Notes: generated by a model not told the origin, from the sequence alone. DNA of 63,986 nt, filler included, from Sanchytrium tribonematis (GCA_018985235.1; 10 parts of 10 records of this genome joined end to end with filler, not necessarily neighbours in it); one strand, 5' to 3'; positions 1 to 12,857 are shown, numbered from the whole stretch's first letter. Numbers and translations are program-made.

Positions 1-25
1 ATCAGGTAAAAAATTTTCTGGTTTA

Positions 26-3000
26 ATGAAAGTCAGAAAGCCTAAACAATTAGTCGCAGCCAAGTATTTAAAATCTAGTATTTTGGAGATTGATCAACTT
101 GATTTAAATGATGATGATGCTGATGATGCTGATGATGCTTCAATGGTGACTGTTTCGAAGAAACGAAAAGTTGCCAATGACAAAAGCCCAAAAAGTAATA
201 AGAAAAAGAAATTTCAGTCCAACAATACAGACTCGATCGAACTGTCTGGTGATGTTTCCATGGAAACAATAACCCAGACCAACTCTTTTGCAGCAGATAC
301 AGATATTTCCGATATGCCACCGCCTAGTGTTCAAATGTTTGAGTCTTTAATCGAAGTCAGATCTATTCATACTCCGAATTTAGCGGAACACCTCATAAAC
401 CAATACGATGAAAAGACCGAAATTACTTCGCTTGATATGTACGATAGAAAACTTTCTGCTGATTCCTATAAGAGAAAGATGTACATGTATTTGCTTGTTC
501 AGCACTGTGGCATTTTGGAACTTAACAAAGAAGTTTTTCATTTCTTGTATAACGATATGTTGAAATCAAACAAGAAAAGATTTGATCCCAAGACTATCCA
601 ATCCGACTGTGAGTGGTTGCAAAAGAAGGGGAAAGTAAACTTGGACACCTTGATGCTTCCTAAATTGACGGGTGGACTCTTACGAAGGAAGGTGATTTAC
701 CGAAACGATATATCGAAAGACGACGATTGCTTTAAAACTTTTGTTAATAATTGTGAGAGAAATTATTATAATACAACTAAAAAAGTTGTCCCTTTTGAAA
801 AAGAAGAAGTTGAAGTTGACAAAGTGTTTGAGCTGGATAGCGACAGTGTAAAAACCACAACCAATCCAATTAAAGTTGCTTGTGAATACGGTTATATCAC
901 CTCCAAATTTAGACGTGCAAAGCTTCTTCACACATTAATTTTTAAATACGCAAGTTTCTCTAATCCTTCAGATGATTTCATGGGTCATATTGATATAATT
1001 CAGGTTATTAAAAGTATGACAATACATGATTATATACAATTAGTACCGTTTACGGACAACTCTGAAAAGTCTAAACTATATATCAATGAAAATTTAGAAA
1101 CAAAAGTAATAGATGTTCCAGCTGATATCAAATTGTTTGAGGGTGCTTCCTCTGAACAATTCAGATTGAAATATCACTTAAGACTGGCTCTTAATATTCT
1201 AGTAGCGCTGGAATTACTAGTTGCAACTGAGATTAAGCCCTGGGAGCTACTTCTTGAATCAGATCATGCTGACGTTTTGTAATTCAATCTAATTTAGCTA
1301 TCAAGTTACTAATAAGTTGCCACTTTATAATTATGATATGACAGTTCCTTCTAAAACTCTTGGGGAATATTACACTTGCTACACCGTTGAGCAAGTATTG
1401 GAATTTTGGAATTTGTTAGAGACTCAATGTAAATCAAATATAATGAAAACAAAAAAAACTAAATCTAGAGGCTCTTCAAATCATCCTTTGTTGTATATAA
1501 ACACATTGAGGAGTTGGGCAATGAGAGTCTCTCTGTCTGATCAACAAAAGGAGCAGCTAAAGTCTTATTGCACACAGCAAACAACCCCCTTTCAAGATTA
1601 TAACAAGTGTATGGAAATTAGTCGTGATATGAGTATCTCAATTGATCAGGTCCGACATTATTTCAGATTACTAGAAAGCGAGTACTTGCAATCAAAAATT
1701 GCCAGCAGACTTATTGTGAAGAAAAGACAGGCCAAGAAAACTACAAATTTTACAAAGTTAATTAAGAAGAAAACACGGACAAGGCGTAAAATTCATTTTA
1801 ATACTTTAGATTATATTCTTTTAATCAAAATGGTAGTTTTACTCAAACATTGCTTTAGACAAATATCGTGGTATTGCATTGCTCAATTTTTTGAAATCGA
1901 AGAAGATTTGATAAAATCTGCAGATGTGCTACGGCGTCAATACAATTTGATCTCAAACAAAACCAAAGGAAAATTAGTTATCCATAAAATTGAAAATGTT
2001 ATTCACGCTTTGTCGTTTCCAGACTATGAAGATATGCGAGAATTCCCTCTACAAGAACTCGCGGAGTCTATTGATCTCGATGAATCAATTAGTAATGAGC
2101 TTGAAATTGCAATGGCCCCTCCACAAAAACAAAATATTCAAAATGCAATACAGCAAGACATATACTTGAGCAACTTTTATCCCAACTCAATCAGTCTTGC
2201 ATTGAATTCAACTTCAAAAATAGAAAAGTTATTAGGTATAGATCAAGTGAAAGGACATAACGTGTTCAAAGCCAGATATCTGTTAAGAGCTTTTTTGCTT
2301 AACAGGCAGTCAGAGATATATCAATATTGCATTCAACATAACATTAAGGCAGATGTATTGGATATTGCCATTAATTTGGAGTTGCAAAATAAGAGTATCA
2401 TATCCAATAACAGCGATGCGATTAAATATAGACCTAGTACAGAATATCTGCAAATATTTGAAAATAATATTAATCTAAAAATGATGCAATTTTACTCAAA
2501 CTTTGAATTTGATTTGAATAGAATTGATGGAGACTCTAGCTTTTACTTGATCCACCAAATGATCAATGGCTATTGCTCAATTTCAAGTTGCTTGGATTCT
2601 AATATTCGACTGGTACCAAATATGGTCAGAAATACCACAGAGGTAAAGCCAATTTTGACAATGTCGATGAGGAGCCATGATAAAGTGGCAATTGAAAGAA
2701 CTTCGGTTGAAACTATTTTATATCAACATTTAAATAATTTACACCAGAGAAAGTTATTTTTTAGCGCTGCAACAAACGTATTTTTTAAAATTAAAGACAA
2801 TCCCTTAATCTCAGCATCTACACTTGAAGATTTTTACAGCATCGGGCTTTCCAAATCTGAATTACAAAGAATTTTGATGTATTTGAAAGAAATCGAATTT
2901 GTGTTCAGTGAAACAATTGAAGTAGAATTAGAAACATTATTTGGCATTGAAAATAATATAGAAGATTATTTATGTATCTATCCTGATGCGTATTTAAAGG

Positions 3001-3029
3001 TTCCACTTGAATTGCGAGAACATTTATAA
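26..3029 (+). CDS. Putative TFIIIC B-block-binding subunit (Tfc3/Sfc3/GTF3C1-like), probably 5'-partial; exons 26-1278 and 1298-3029
   Basis: Two ORFs join in frame after removing intron 1279-1297. Segments such as D.KTI....EWL.KKG and KFRRAKLLH resemble fungal Tfc3 family sequences from memory. Confidence 0.6.
1279..1297 (+). other. 19-nt spliceosomal intron GTAATTCAATCTAATTTAG
   Basis: GT-AG ends and a CTAAT branch motif. Removal skips the TAA at 1280 and fuses the 418-aa and 570-aa ORFs in frame. Confidence 0.9.
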
Positions 3030-3054
3030 TAAACATAAATTTTTACTCCTTAAA

Positions 3055-3339
3055 ATGTTGAAAAATTTGCTACTTCAACTTTATGTCGAAACTAATGTAA
3101 GTAAAAATCCAGATAGAATTATTCAGTTAAATTATTTGATAGCATTGAATTATTTCAATAAAGGGAATTTACAAGATAGTGAACGTCATGCTAGAATTGC
3201 CTACAATATGTGCAAAACCCACAAAATCATCCAAATTGATATTATCAATTTACTCATTGATATACACAAGAAGAATGGTAATATAGAACAGGCTAAAATC
3301 TTTCTTCGAACAAAATTGAAATTAATTTCTTCAAGGTAA
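3055..3339 (+). CDS. Small hypothetical protein, TPR-like helical repeats
   Basis: ORF with helix-pair patterns (ALNYFNKGNLQDSERHARIA; LIDIHKKNGNIEQAKIF). Exon structure uncertain. Confidence 0.4.
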   Translation: MLKNLLLQLYVETNVSKNPDRIIQLNYLIALNYFNKGNLQDSERHARIAYNMCKTHKIIQIDIINLLIDIHKKNGNIEQAKIFLRTKLKLISSR

Positions 3340-3483
3340 TCACATCATATACGTTTTGATCTGTCCAAGAATCAAATAAGTTAATTTTGCTGCAATTGCA
3401 TATAAAATTTAGCTCCCAAAGTAAATTATTTTTTAAGTATTTCCATTTCGACGTTCTCGGCCTGGATTTGAGCTCAAGAAGTC

Positions 3484-4975
3484 ATGAATAAATCCCCTCA
3501 GCCCTCAATTCAAAGAAGTAATACATGTTCAAAAGACCAGTATATTCATCAAGATAAGCACTACGCTGGATATATAAAAATCAAAAGGGGTAACCTTTTT
3601 TATTACTATATCCCAAATCAAAATAACAACTTAGTTATTTGGCTTAACGGTGGTCCTGGATGTTCCAGTGATATTGGTTTACTACTAGAGAATGGTCCAA
3701 ATATTATACAAGTTGATGGTAGTATGAAGAAGAACGAATTTGGATGGCATAGGCTTGCAAATATGTTATATATTGATCAGCCCGTTAATGCGGGATTCAG
3801 CCAAGGAGAGCCAGTTAAATCAGAAATGGATGTTTCTAGCGATTTTGTGGAACTAATGTCACAATTACTAGACGTTTATCCACAGATGCAAGATATGAAA
3901 ATTTATATTTCCGGCGAAAGTTATGCAGGTACTTATATTCCGTACATAGCACAAGGTTTACTTAAGAAAAATTATAATTTGCGAGGTTTGCTTATTGGTA
4001 ATGGGTGGATTGATCCGATGCCTCAATATAGATCTTACATAGAATACGCGAAGAAAAACGCTTTGTTGCTCCCAAAATATGAAGCAGAAATTGAAAAGAA
4101 ATGGCAAGCTTGTGTGACTGCAAACAATAAGAAGGAATTGATATTTATTAGAGAATGCGAAAATATAGCGGATCTTATATTTCAAAGTTCAAAAGAAATT
4201 AATAAGGGAAAATGTACTAACATGTATGATATCAGACTTATCGAAGAGAAAGGCTGCGGAGAAAATTGGCCATATCAACTCCCAGAGGTCTATAAATATC
4301 TTCAAAATCCAGTCACTGTTGCCAAAGTTCACGCTAATAAGACCTGGGTAGAGTGCGATGGCTCTGTTTACAATGCACTCAGCAAAGACACTAGTCCACC
4401 TACGGTTCATCTACTACCGGATTTGCTCCAAAAAATACCAATCTTACTCTTTAATGGTGATAAAGATTTCATTTGTAACCATATTGGACAAGAAAACATG
4501 ATCAAAAACCTTCAATGGAACAATCAAAAAGGATTTAAGAACAGTCCAGTTCCTGTTTATTTAAACGAACACCTCAAAGGCGAGATTCAAGCTGAAAACA
4601 ATTTAGGATTTTTTAAAATTTACGATGCATCCCACATGGTACCAATAGATCAGCCAGAAATATCCTATCACATGCTCAAACATTTTATGGAGGGAACTAT
4701 TGTAATTTACATTCATTTAGATGAACGGAACTAGTCATTTAACTTCAAAAGTTCTTCCAGTTGATAGCAATCTAAGACCTCCAAGTCCCTTAAATGGGAT
4801 TGTATCTCTTGCATTGGTTGCCACACTCCTATTGCTCATAATTATAGTTTATATTAGGTCTAGAATATCAAAAATTCATAAAAAGTCGAAAAAGCCTTTT
4901 GCTCCGCATCCAATTTTGGGTGGTTTTAAGAAAGTCCATTTTGAAGAAGACCATTCTGATGAAGAGCATGTGTAA
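3484..4975 (+). CDS. KEX1: Serine carboxypeptidase S10, Kex1-like with C-terminal TM helix; exons 3484-4701 and 4721-4975
   Basis: WLNGGPGCSS, YIDQP, GESYAG, NGDKDFICN and ASHMVP motifs. A TM segment and acidic tail follow the intron. True N-terminus uncertain. Confidence 0.8.
4702..4720 (+). other. 19-nt spliceosomal intron GTAATTTACATTCATTTAG
   Basis: Phase-0 removal joins the catalytic domain to the TM-anchor exon. Confidence 0.88.
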
Positions 4976-5039
4976 TAATTAAAACAAATGTAAATAAATA
5001 TTTTATACAAAAATATTATTAATTTACATTTCTCCTTTG

Positions 5040-5732
5040 ATGGGAGTAAAAAAGCAAAAAGACTCGCGCTTCTTTAAATTTAGGGAAGGAGACCCCATTT
5101 TGAAGGACCAAAGGTACATAGACCTTAAGGCCAAAGTAACGAATACCAACTTTTACAAAAAGAGACTCCAGGAATCGATTGAATCAAAAGAACAGAAAAT
5201 TGCAAATTTACAGAGAGAACTAGAAGAATACACGGCACCAGATGTTGACACAACAAGATTTGAGCGAGACTGTCAACAATTATTGGATGAAATTGCGCCA
5301 GACAGGGCAAAGACCAAGGTCGATCCTTTAAAATACGAATATCAACTGGAAGCATTCAAGCCAATTAAAAGCTACCTAAAAAATGCAATGAATGATTTGT
5401 ATAGTAGTAAAGTTAAGACGAGACAAACACTGAAGGCCATAGAGCAAAAGCGCAATTCTCTACGAGAAGAAGTTGATAACTTGAAATACCATTATGAGCA
5501 AAGAATGAAAGACCGCCAAGATTTTGAACTTGAAAAGGAAAGATCAAGTCAGATTAAATATAAATTACTAAAAGTGATGACTTTGCTGGGAAGAGACACC
5601 CGTGAGAATCACTTAAATGATTTTATTCAAGAACTATGCTCACTTCAATCAAATAGTGTTTATGAAGACTCCAAGAAAGAAACATTAGCAAGAGCAAACC
5701 AGATGATTTATCGAATAGAGAAGGAACAATAA
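5040..5732 (+). CDS. Hypothetical coiled-coil protein
   Basis: 230-aa ORF rich in K/E/Q heptads. No family recognised. Confidence 0.6.
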   Translation: MGVKKQKDSRFFKFREGDPILKDQRYIDLKAKVTNTNFYKKRLQESIESKEQKIANLQRELEEYTAPDVDTTRFERDCQQLLDEIAPDRAKTKVDPLKYEYQLEAFKPIKSYLKNAMNDLYSSKVKTRQTLKAIEQKRNSLREEVDNLKYHYEQRMKDRQDFELEKERSSQIKYKLLKVMTLLGRDTRENHLNDFIQELCSLQSNSVYEDSKKETLARANQMIYRIEKEQ

Positions 5733-5738
5733 ATTGAT

Positions 5739-6411
5739 CTAAAGTTTATTCAAATCGTCTAGAAGATTTAAGGCTTTTTCACTATTCATCATCTCCAAGC
5801 ACCCATATCCTATTTGTTTTCCTCTTTTTTTAGCCAATTCTTGAAGTTGGTTATATTCTATATGATTACCAGCACCAACTACATACACAAATACCTAAGT
5901 CAATATAACATACCTGTGGAATACCACTTGGAAAAACGTACCCACCAAAAGGGACATGATTTTCGCCTTGAAGTGGATCTAAAACATTTAAGCTGTCCGG
6001 TTTCTCACTGCCTTGCAAGGTATTGAGTAATTGTTCTGTCAGTTTTACCACCTGCGAGGTTGTATCAAAAGGCATTAAATTTTTAACTCTATCAATAATA
6101 TTATTTAGAGTGGAAGTGTTTAAATTCTCACTAATTTTGGAACCAAAACTCGAAAATCTTCCCAAAAGATCCGCGCTAACACTAGGGCTATGTGATAGAT
6201 TACTGGATTGCTGTGTAGCAAATTGCTGCTTCTTGGAGTTTTGAAGAAAATCTAAACAACCTGATCCAAGTCCTAATTTTTCAAATTCTGCCATTAGTTC
6301 TTTCTCGTTTGTATGTTTTATCAAATACCATAGCAAAGCAATTCTCACTCTGTCCGTGTTTCTCATTTTTTCATTATTTTTCTTGCCTTGCAATATATCT
6401 AAAATGTCATT
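5739..6411 (-). CDS. SLY1: Sec1/Munc18 family protein Sly1, C-terminal part (5' cut by contig end); exons 6411-5914 and 5894-5739
   Basis: After splicing it reads PQ|VFVYVVGAGNHIEYNQLQE...IGYGC, the typical SM-protein C-terminus. A VKNLMP segment is also present. Confidence 0.75.
5895..5913 (-). other. 19-nt spliceosomal intron GTATGTTATATTGACTTAG
   Basis: GTATGT donor and TTGAC branch. Removal restores the conserved Sly1 C-terminal motif. Confidence 0.92.
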
Positions 6412-6511
6412 NNNNNNNNNNNNNNNNNNNNNNNNNNNNNNNNNNNNNNNNNNNNTTAATTAATTAANNNNNNNNNNNNNNNNNNNNNNNNNNNNNNNNN
6501 NNNNNNNNNNN
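6412..6511. other. Artificial contig spacer N44-TTAATTAATTAA-N44; also at 12912-13011, 19398-19497, 25869-25968, 32335-32434, 38768-38867, 45192-45291, 51598-51697, 57949-58048
   Basis: Identical 100-nt linker with six-frame stops. Flanking contig lengths fall monotonically (6400, 6386, 6371, 6366, 6333, 6324, 6306, 6251). Confidence 0.99.
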
Positions 6512-9500
6512 GTATATTATTTCTTCATTTAATTCCTTAATGTTATTAGTACACTCACCCTCAAAGTGAAATAAAGAATCATACGGCTGAAGGCAAAGAT
6601 TACAAGTTCCATTCCGAAAAGGAAAGTCACCCATGATAAATTTTACACCCAATCGAAGTACATGGTGTGAATAATTGTAATGATATTTGTTTTTCCTCAA
6701 TAATTGTATCAACGCTGATTGTAGTGGCAATTTGGATGCTCTTTTTGCGTTGTTATTTTCCCACATTTTCTCGAGTCTCACTTCCACTGCTGCATCCAAT
6801 TCTTCCCTGTTCTCGTGTATCAGTGGCTCCTGGTCTTCTATTGTGTTTGCAAAAGATGTGTTGTATTTGAGGATTTCAAAATAAAATTTTGGTGTATTTA
6901 AATCCTCTCTTTCTAGTTGTTTAATGACATTAATGATTTGAACTTCGCCCGAAATTCTGGCTTTTGAGTACAATTCTTCAACATTATGAAATTTACAGAG
7001 TAGTTCATGTATCAATCTGGTGTTTGAAAATAAGCCATTTATGGCCTTGCGCCGCACAGATTCAAGATTTGGTAATTGATTTCTATCCCATAGTGACAAT
7101 CCATAGCTTAAAATGGATTCAATTACACCCTTGGTAAACAGACTTTTTCCGTGGAAAAGATGGCTGGTATTTTGAAATATATTTTCAGAATCATAATTGT
7201 TTATTTGTCTATATTTCTTCATGAGAAATCCTAATTTGGTTTCTTTCCAAGACAATTCTTTTTCATATGAAATTCCAGTGCAGTCCAAGTGAACTCCAAG
7301 ATATTTGATCCAAGGGGATGATTTTAATTGCAGGTCATTTATATCAATTTTTACATTAGATGAACTGCAAATTTGGTACTTATCAGGGTTGGGTTTGAAA
7401 GAATATTTTATCAATAAATCAGTAATTTGCTTTAAAATAGATTCAAAATAAATTTTGTCACTTGATATGATGAATATGTCATCCGCATATAAACAAATTG
7501 CAATTTTATTTGCATCATATTGTAGTTCAGATATGACTCTATCTATTACAAAAGAAAACAACATTGGTGAGAGAGTCCCACCTTGTGGTACCCCCTTGAA
7601 CATTTTTATACTAGATTTTTGGGAATCACGGGTCAGATAAATTGATTGATTAACCAATAATGATCGGATGACATTTAATTCGTTATTATTAAGTTTATCT
7701 TTTGTAAATTGTGCAATATCGTCATACACAATGCAATCGAATGCACTTGAGAGGTCTAAAGAACCCATGATTACGTCACCGTTATTACTAAACTTCTTTA
7801 TTAAATTATTCACGTAGTGCAATTGCGTCAGTGTGCTTCTTGATGCACAAAAACCATGCTGTTGATAAGAAGGAACAAGTTTCTCTCTAAAATGAAAATA
7901 ATAGATGATTTTTTCAAAGATTTTTCTCAATGGAACTAGAAGACTAACAGGTCTGTAATATTTTGGGTCACTAGAACATCCTTTATTTTTAAAAATCTCA
8001 ACCAATCCAGATTCGGTCCAAGATTTGGGAATTTCTCCCGATAGATATGATAATGAGAAAAGATGCTTTATGATTTTAATCCCATTTCTGGGAAGAAATT
8101 TAAATGCGAGTCCAGGCAGAATTCCACCTGATGCCTTTTTAATGTTGATATGCTGCAATTCAGATTTGATGATTTTAGTAGTAAAAATTTTGGACATTAT
8201 TGCTTTTGAATTATTGATTTCCTCGATTGATAGATTCTGTTTTTCCCAGGTGTGTTGTTTATGATTAAAATGTTGCTTTTGAAATGCCACCATATCCTTT
8301 ATTTCTGAAAATAATTGTGATTTAGTTGTTCTATTTTTAATTTGACACAGTTTTTGGTATGCAGCAGAGGGATCCTTAGACAGATCTTCCATCAATTCAA
8401 GCTGTGTTTGAAACACTTGCTGTTCCACAAGTCTATTATATTCTTTACGAGTTGAATGAATTTGTTTGATCAATTTATTTTTTCGTGATTTCGATTTCGA
8501 TCTTTTGTATTTACGTTGTTTGTTTTTAATAAATTTATGTAGAGTATGAATATCTCTGGTTCCATTGATGTTATTATTGAATCTTGGGATTATACCGAGT
8601 GTAATACGGCCAGCAGTCAAAATACAATTTATAAATGAATTGTCAATTATATCAAGATTAGAGTTATGCAGTAAATCATGTGAATTGTTCTTGATGAGTT
8701 TATTTAGTAAAGCTTTGAATTTTCGTCTGTAATGATTTAATTTCAACTTTTTCCAATTAATCTTTTCAGGATCAATAATTGGCGTATCCAATTTCACTTC
8801 AAACAATGTTGGCCAGTGATCAGAGGTGAATTTTTCTGGTCGGTTTATAATCTTGTGATTTAGAATAACATCATTTTGTGATGTATGAGTCCAGCAATGA
8901 TCCAATATTTTTTTGGTTTTCACCATTGAGTTTTGGTCACTATTTTGGAATTGATAACTGTTATTCATCATGTATTCAACTAATAATTTGCTACCAGAGT
9001 CATGACAACCATGTAAGAATAATAAATTGAAGTTTAAATCGCCAACAATAATGGCTTTTAAATCAATAGCGAATTTCAAAATTTTTTTAATTTCATTATA
9101 TTTCTTATCTCTGAATAGTGCATATGGTACATAAATAAATGCGATACGTTGATTATGAAATTGGTAGACGTAACAATTATCAGTTGAATGGATTTCTTTA
9201 AAGTCTTTTATTGAATTGTGCACAAATAGATGCTGCTTGTATTGACGTTTTGAATGTTTTAGCATAATTTGTTTATAGTTTGAGATAGATGATAATAATC
9301 TATCTGTTTGGGTCTCTTGAAGAATTATTACATGTGGATTGTACTCCAATAAATTATTTAATTCAAATTTATTGTTCAATTTGCTGAATCCATTGCAATT
9401 ATATTGCAGTACTTTTAGAGTGTTTTCTACATGGCAAAAGTATCGATCCATTGTGTCCAATTCATTTGGAATATCTAGATCGAGATTGCTTGGCGGATCT

Positions 9501-10645
9501 GTTAAAATTGAGTTCAAATTAGAGGTTAAAAATTCACTATTTTTTATTCTTTTTGAATTTGGTTGAGTGGGAGAATGTGGTCTCTTAGTTGAATGTAATA
9601 TAGAGTCTGAAGAAAGGATTTCTGATTCCATTTTAATTTTTTTATTTAATGGATATTTTATTTCTGTGTCATCTTCTGATGATGAGATGATTAAATCTCG
9701 CCTTTTTGAGCCACCGACTGGCCCGGAAACCTTTAAACAGTATTTATTTGGTGCAATGGAATTCTGATTTGATAATCGCAAAATTGTCAATTTGGAGTCA
9801 AGTTTAAAATCAGAAAATTGATTTATTTTGAATCTTTTAAATAAATAGAAGCAGAGATCAGATGTATTAGCAAAACATGGAATTATGTATTTAATAAATT
9901 GGTCAGATTTATATGCAGTAAATTCAATCAAATTTTTAGGATGGCAATCTAGAGACTGTTGGATGATTCTGGAGGTCAAGTATGTATTAAGAGTAATGTG
10001 ATATATTAGAATTGTACTGCTATTGATCGGATGTAGTTTTGATGAAAGTATTGTTTGATAAATTGTGCAATTTAGAAGATTTTTCATTATTTTTGGACTT
10101 AATTTATTTATAGATGTAGGTTGGTTTAGAGTTCCATTTGCTAAATAAGTAGGTGTTACTTCATTATCCATAATAATTTCACTGTATTGCTTTGGTGGCG
10201 TGTCAGTGTTCACATTTAATTCTGAAGGTGTTTCTTGTATTTCAAGACAAACTCTGATTGTGTCAATTTTAAAATTTGATAATATTTCAACAGTCATTGT
10301 TCCATTGATGTTGATAAAAGAACCGCTTGTACCACTTTTGGGCATCCCTTCATATCGGGCTATGATTCCTGTTAGGTCCTCGTTGGAATACCATGAGGTG
10401 GTCAAACTGTCACAATATTGTCCCAAATTGGTGTTTTTGTGCAGCAATAGTGTATGACTCTTGTAATGGAGAGTCGGTAATAATTCTAAAAATGTGATTT
10501 TTCTATGGTTTGGAATATGATTATTATTCTTAATTTCTGTATTCAATTTCCCAATGTAGCTTGAGTTTTTTCGAACAAATTGATTTAATTGTTCTGCCTG
10601 AAAGTGATTCATGTATAATTTGATCTTTCCATAGATATGAGCCAT
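6512..10645 (-). mobile_element. Non-LTR retrotransposon ORF2: N-terminal extension + APE endonuclease + reverse transcriptase + C-terminal CCHC
   Basis: APE motifs QYNCNG, ILQET, VGDLN, LDH and SDHWP. RT motifs YRPVSLL, LDLSSAFD, GVPQGGTLSP, YADD and KYLGV. CNLC...H...C near the end. Intact frame, 3' cut by contig end. Confidence 0.93.
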
Positions 10646-10657
10646 GGCGATTGCTTG

Positions 10658-12283
10658 TTATTCATCTTTACTGGATGTATTTGTGACAGCCTCCAAATAA
10701 ATACCATTTTCTTTATCTTTGAAAGTAGATGGTCCAATTGCTTCTTTTAGATATAGATTGATCTCATTATTTTGGCAACTGGTATATCCGTATTCAGTTG
10801 CTAAATTTATAATTGTAGTTGAAATTAATGAAGTGGATGCCACCAGCACGAAATTAGAATTTTTAAAATTACTTGTGAAAGCATATCCAAATGAGGATTT
10901 GGAAAGTATCTTATTTCTTAGTTTCTTGCCAATATCGGAATTCCCATTTCCACATCTAAATAATTCTAAGTAAATATTCGTTTCTTCCTTAAATCTTCGA
11001 AGAAGCATATTGGTTAGATCTGGTGAGTCGTAATCTCGTAAATCCTTGCAAGGACTGTTTGTTATTGAGGTTTTAAATGACCGCAAATTTGAAAAATCTA
11101 ATTCAAAATCAATTACATCATGATTGAATGTTAAAAGTACTGGTGTAGTATTTGGATAATCAGATTCAGTGCTATGAAATTCTAAGATGTGATTTTTAAT
11201 TTCATAAAAACTTTCATTTAAATGATTTTTGAGCACGTTGTCTAAATGTGCTGCTAAATGTGCACTTGTGATTCTAGATGGTCCAGTGCAAGGACTAAAA
11301 AATGGGATCTTGTTGTTTGACTTGTTGTGTGATATTGTTGGTCCATGACTACATGACACAAGCACAAATTGTTTTTTCATTATTGATGAAATGGGCTCTT
11401 GATTGCCACATTTGACAATAAATTCTTCTGCAAACTGAGACTGCTGCTGCAAATACTTGAGTAGAACCAGGTATTTTCCGGTACTGTATGGATTTAGCAT
11501 TGTTTGTAACTCGACAATTCCTTTTTGAAATTCCAAAATATTTCTAAAATTGCTCATGTTATTGAAGGATGAAGATGTCGAATAAATAGTATTTATTGTT
11601 ATACAAGCAAGACATTTGTGTTTCAAAATAGGTGATTGTAGTTCATTTCTGTAGTACTGCAGACTCTTGTGTTTTGTGTAACACGTACTCATATTTTCCG
11701 AAGATTTTAATTGCATGTAGATTTTGAAACTAATATTGATGCTCAATTTAATAAGAGAAACTGCGCGGCTCAAGAATGCCAACAAATTAGCATCTTTTTT
11801 ATTGTCTTGGGAAGTAATTGGAATTATTGCGTGCGGATCAGTGTTTCTAGAATGATAGATAATAATTTTATATAATACTGTCAGAACCTCAATCTTTGCT
11901 TTCAATTGATTTATTTCAGAAATTCGAGATGATTTATTTTTTCGAAAAAATAAAATTTGTTTCTTCAAAAGAAAGAAAGAAAAAGAGAGGGAGAAGAGAA
12001 AGATAACTTTGTTTGAGATACACGGATTCAATTGTGTGATCATGTGAGTGGTACAATAGACCACCGTGATCGAAGTTGTTTTTACAATGTAATTTGTATT
12101 AACATTTTGAAATTGATTAAAAATAATCGTCAAGTGGTTCCAAAGGATACCGGCAGTAGTTGCAAGAATCAATAAATTAAATCTATTCACTGAGAGTATG
12201 AAATCTGTAAAAATGTGAGTACCACAGAGAGTTTTTTCCCTGCTTTGTGAATTTGTATTCCAAATCTGTACTCCAGGTTTCAT
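10658..12283 (-). CDS. Hypothetical ORF, probable ORF1 of the retrotransposon (start uncertain)
   Basis: 541-aa ORF on the same strand, stopping 12 nt before the ORF2 ATG. No recognisable motif. Confidence 0.5.
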   Translation of the reverse strand: MKPGVQIWNTNSQSREKTLCGTHIFTDFILSVNRFNLLILATTAGILWNHLTIIFNQFQNVNTNYIVKTTSITVVYCTTHMITQLNPCISNKVIFLFSLSFSFFLLKKQILFFRKNKSSRISEINQLKAKIEVLTVLYKIIIYHSRNTDPHAIIPITSQDNKKDANLLAFLSRAVSLIKLSINISFKIYMQLKSSENMSTCYTKHKSLQYYRNELQSPILKHKCLACITINTIYSTSSSFNNMSNFRNILEFQKGIVELQTMLNPYSTGKYLVLLKYLQQQSQFAEEFIVKCGNQEPISSIMKKQFVLVSCSHGPTISHNKSNNKIPFFSPCTGPSRITSAHLAAHLDNVLKNHLNESFYEIKNHILEFHSTESDYPNTTPVLLTFNHDVIDFELDFSNLRSFKTSITNSPCKDLRDYDSPDLTNMLLRRFKEETNIYLELFRCGNGNSDIGKKLRNKILSKSSFGYAFTSNFKNSNFVLVASTSLISTTIINLATEYGYTSCQNNEINLYLKEAIGPSTFKDKENGIYLEAVTNTSSKDE

Positions 12284-12857
12284 CTTTTGCGACGTTGAAG
12301 GATTCAGAAATCAAATAACAAAGATTATCGTGTTCTCGAACTCTGTAATATTGCAAATTATTTCCATTTCTCATGCAGATAGTCTTTTGAGGTGATCTGA
12401 CACTTTTTGCATAAAATTGTCTATTTGACGGTTTAAAGAGAATTGGCTTGTGAAATGGTTCCCAATCAATGTACCATTCTATTAGATAGTTGATATAATC
12501 CATAAGATTTGCAAATTTTACCAAATCTTGAGTTTGGTTGGGAGTAGAACCTGATTCAGACTCATTATTTTGTTGCTGTCGTGTTTCATTAATTGGTGGA
12601 CGTCTACATTCTCCAAAATATTGCACGCCTGAGCTACCTAATCTGAAAACAATATAGCATCTTATTTTCTGATTTTCTTTAGTTTTTAAATATCGAAATA
12701 ATTCATCAATAAACAAATTCATATCTTTAAATACCATCCAGCAATTGTGGTCTGTAATATAGCGATGTCTCAACTTCCATTGACCGTCAAATTGGAATTG
12801 TAATAAGATTTCAGTGACACCTGTAATATTTAAAATAATTGGGATGCGTTTCCTCAT
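12183..12857 (-). CDS. Hypothetical protein upstream of the retroelement ORFs
   Basis: 224-aa ORF on the same strand, overlapping the next ORF by about 100 nt. Confidence 0.4.
   Translation of the reverse strand: MRKRIPIILNITGVTEILLQFQFDGQWKLRHRYITDHNCWMVFKDMNLFIDELFRYLKTKENQKIRCYIVFRLGSSGVQYFGECRRPPINETRQQQNNESESGSTPNQTQDLVKFANLMDYINYLIEWYIDWEPFHKPILFKPSNRQFYAKSVRSPQKTICMRNGNNLQYYRVREHDNLCYLISESFNVAKDETWSTDLEYKFTKQGKNSLWYSHFYRFHTLSE

Noticed and set aside
3097..3116. GTAAGT...AG candidate 20-nt intron in the small TPR-like ORF
   Set aside because: Removal shifts the frame into an early stop, and the ORF reads through without it.
3421..3483. In-frame TGA in a signal-peptide-like stretch upstream of KEX1, suggesting stop-codon reassignment
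   Set aside because: There is no upstream in-frame ATG, and TAA, TAG and TGA all end conserved genes elsewhere (for example TGA in KAE1, TAG in SLY1). The standard code fits.
6456..6467. Regularly spaced TTAATTAATTAA within N runs, resembling a repeat array
   Set aside because: It is an artificial contig linker. Gene adjacency across the linkers, and ORFs ending in X..LIN, have no biological meaning.
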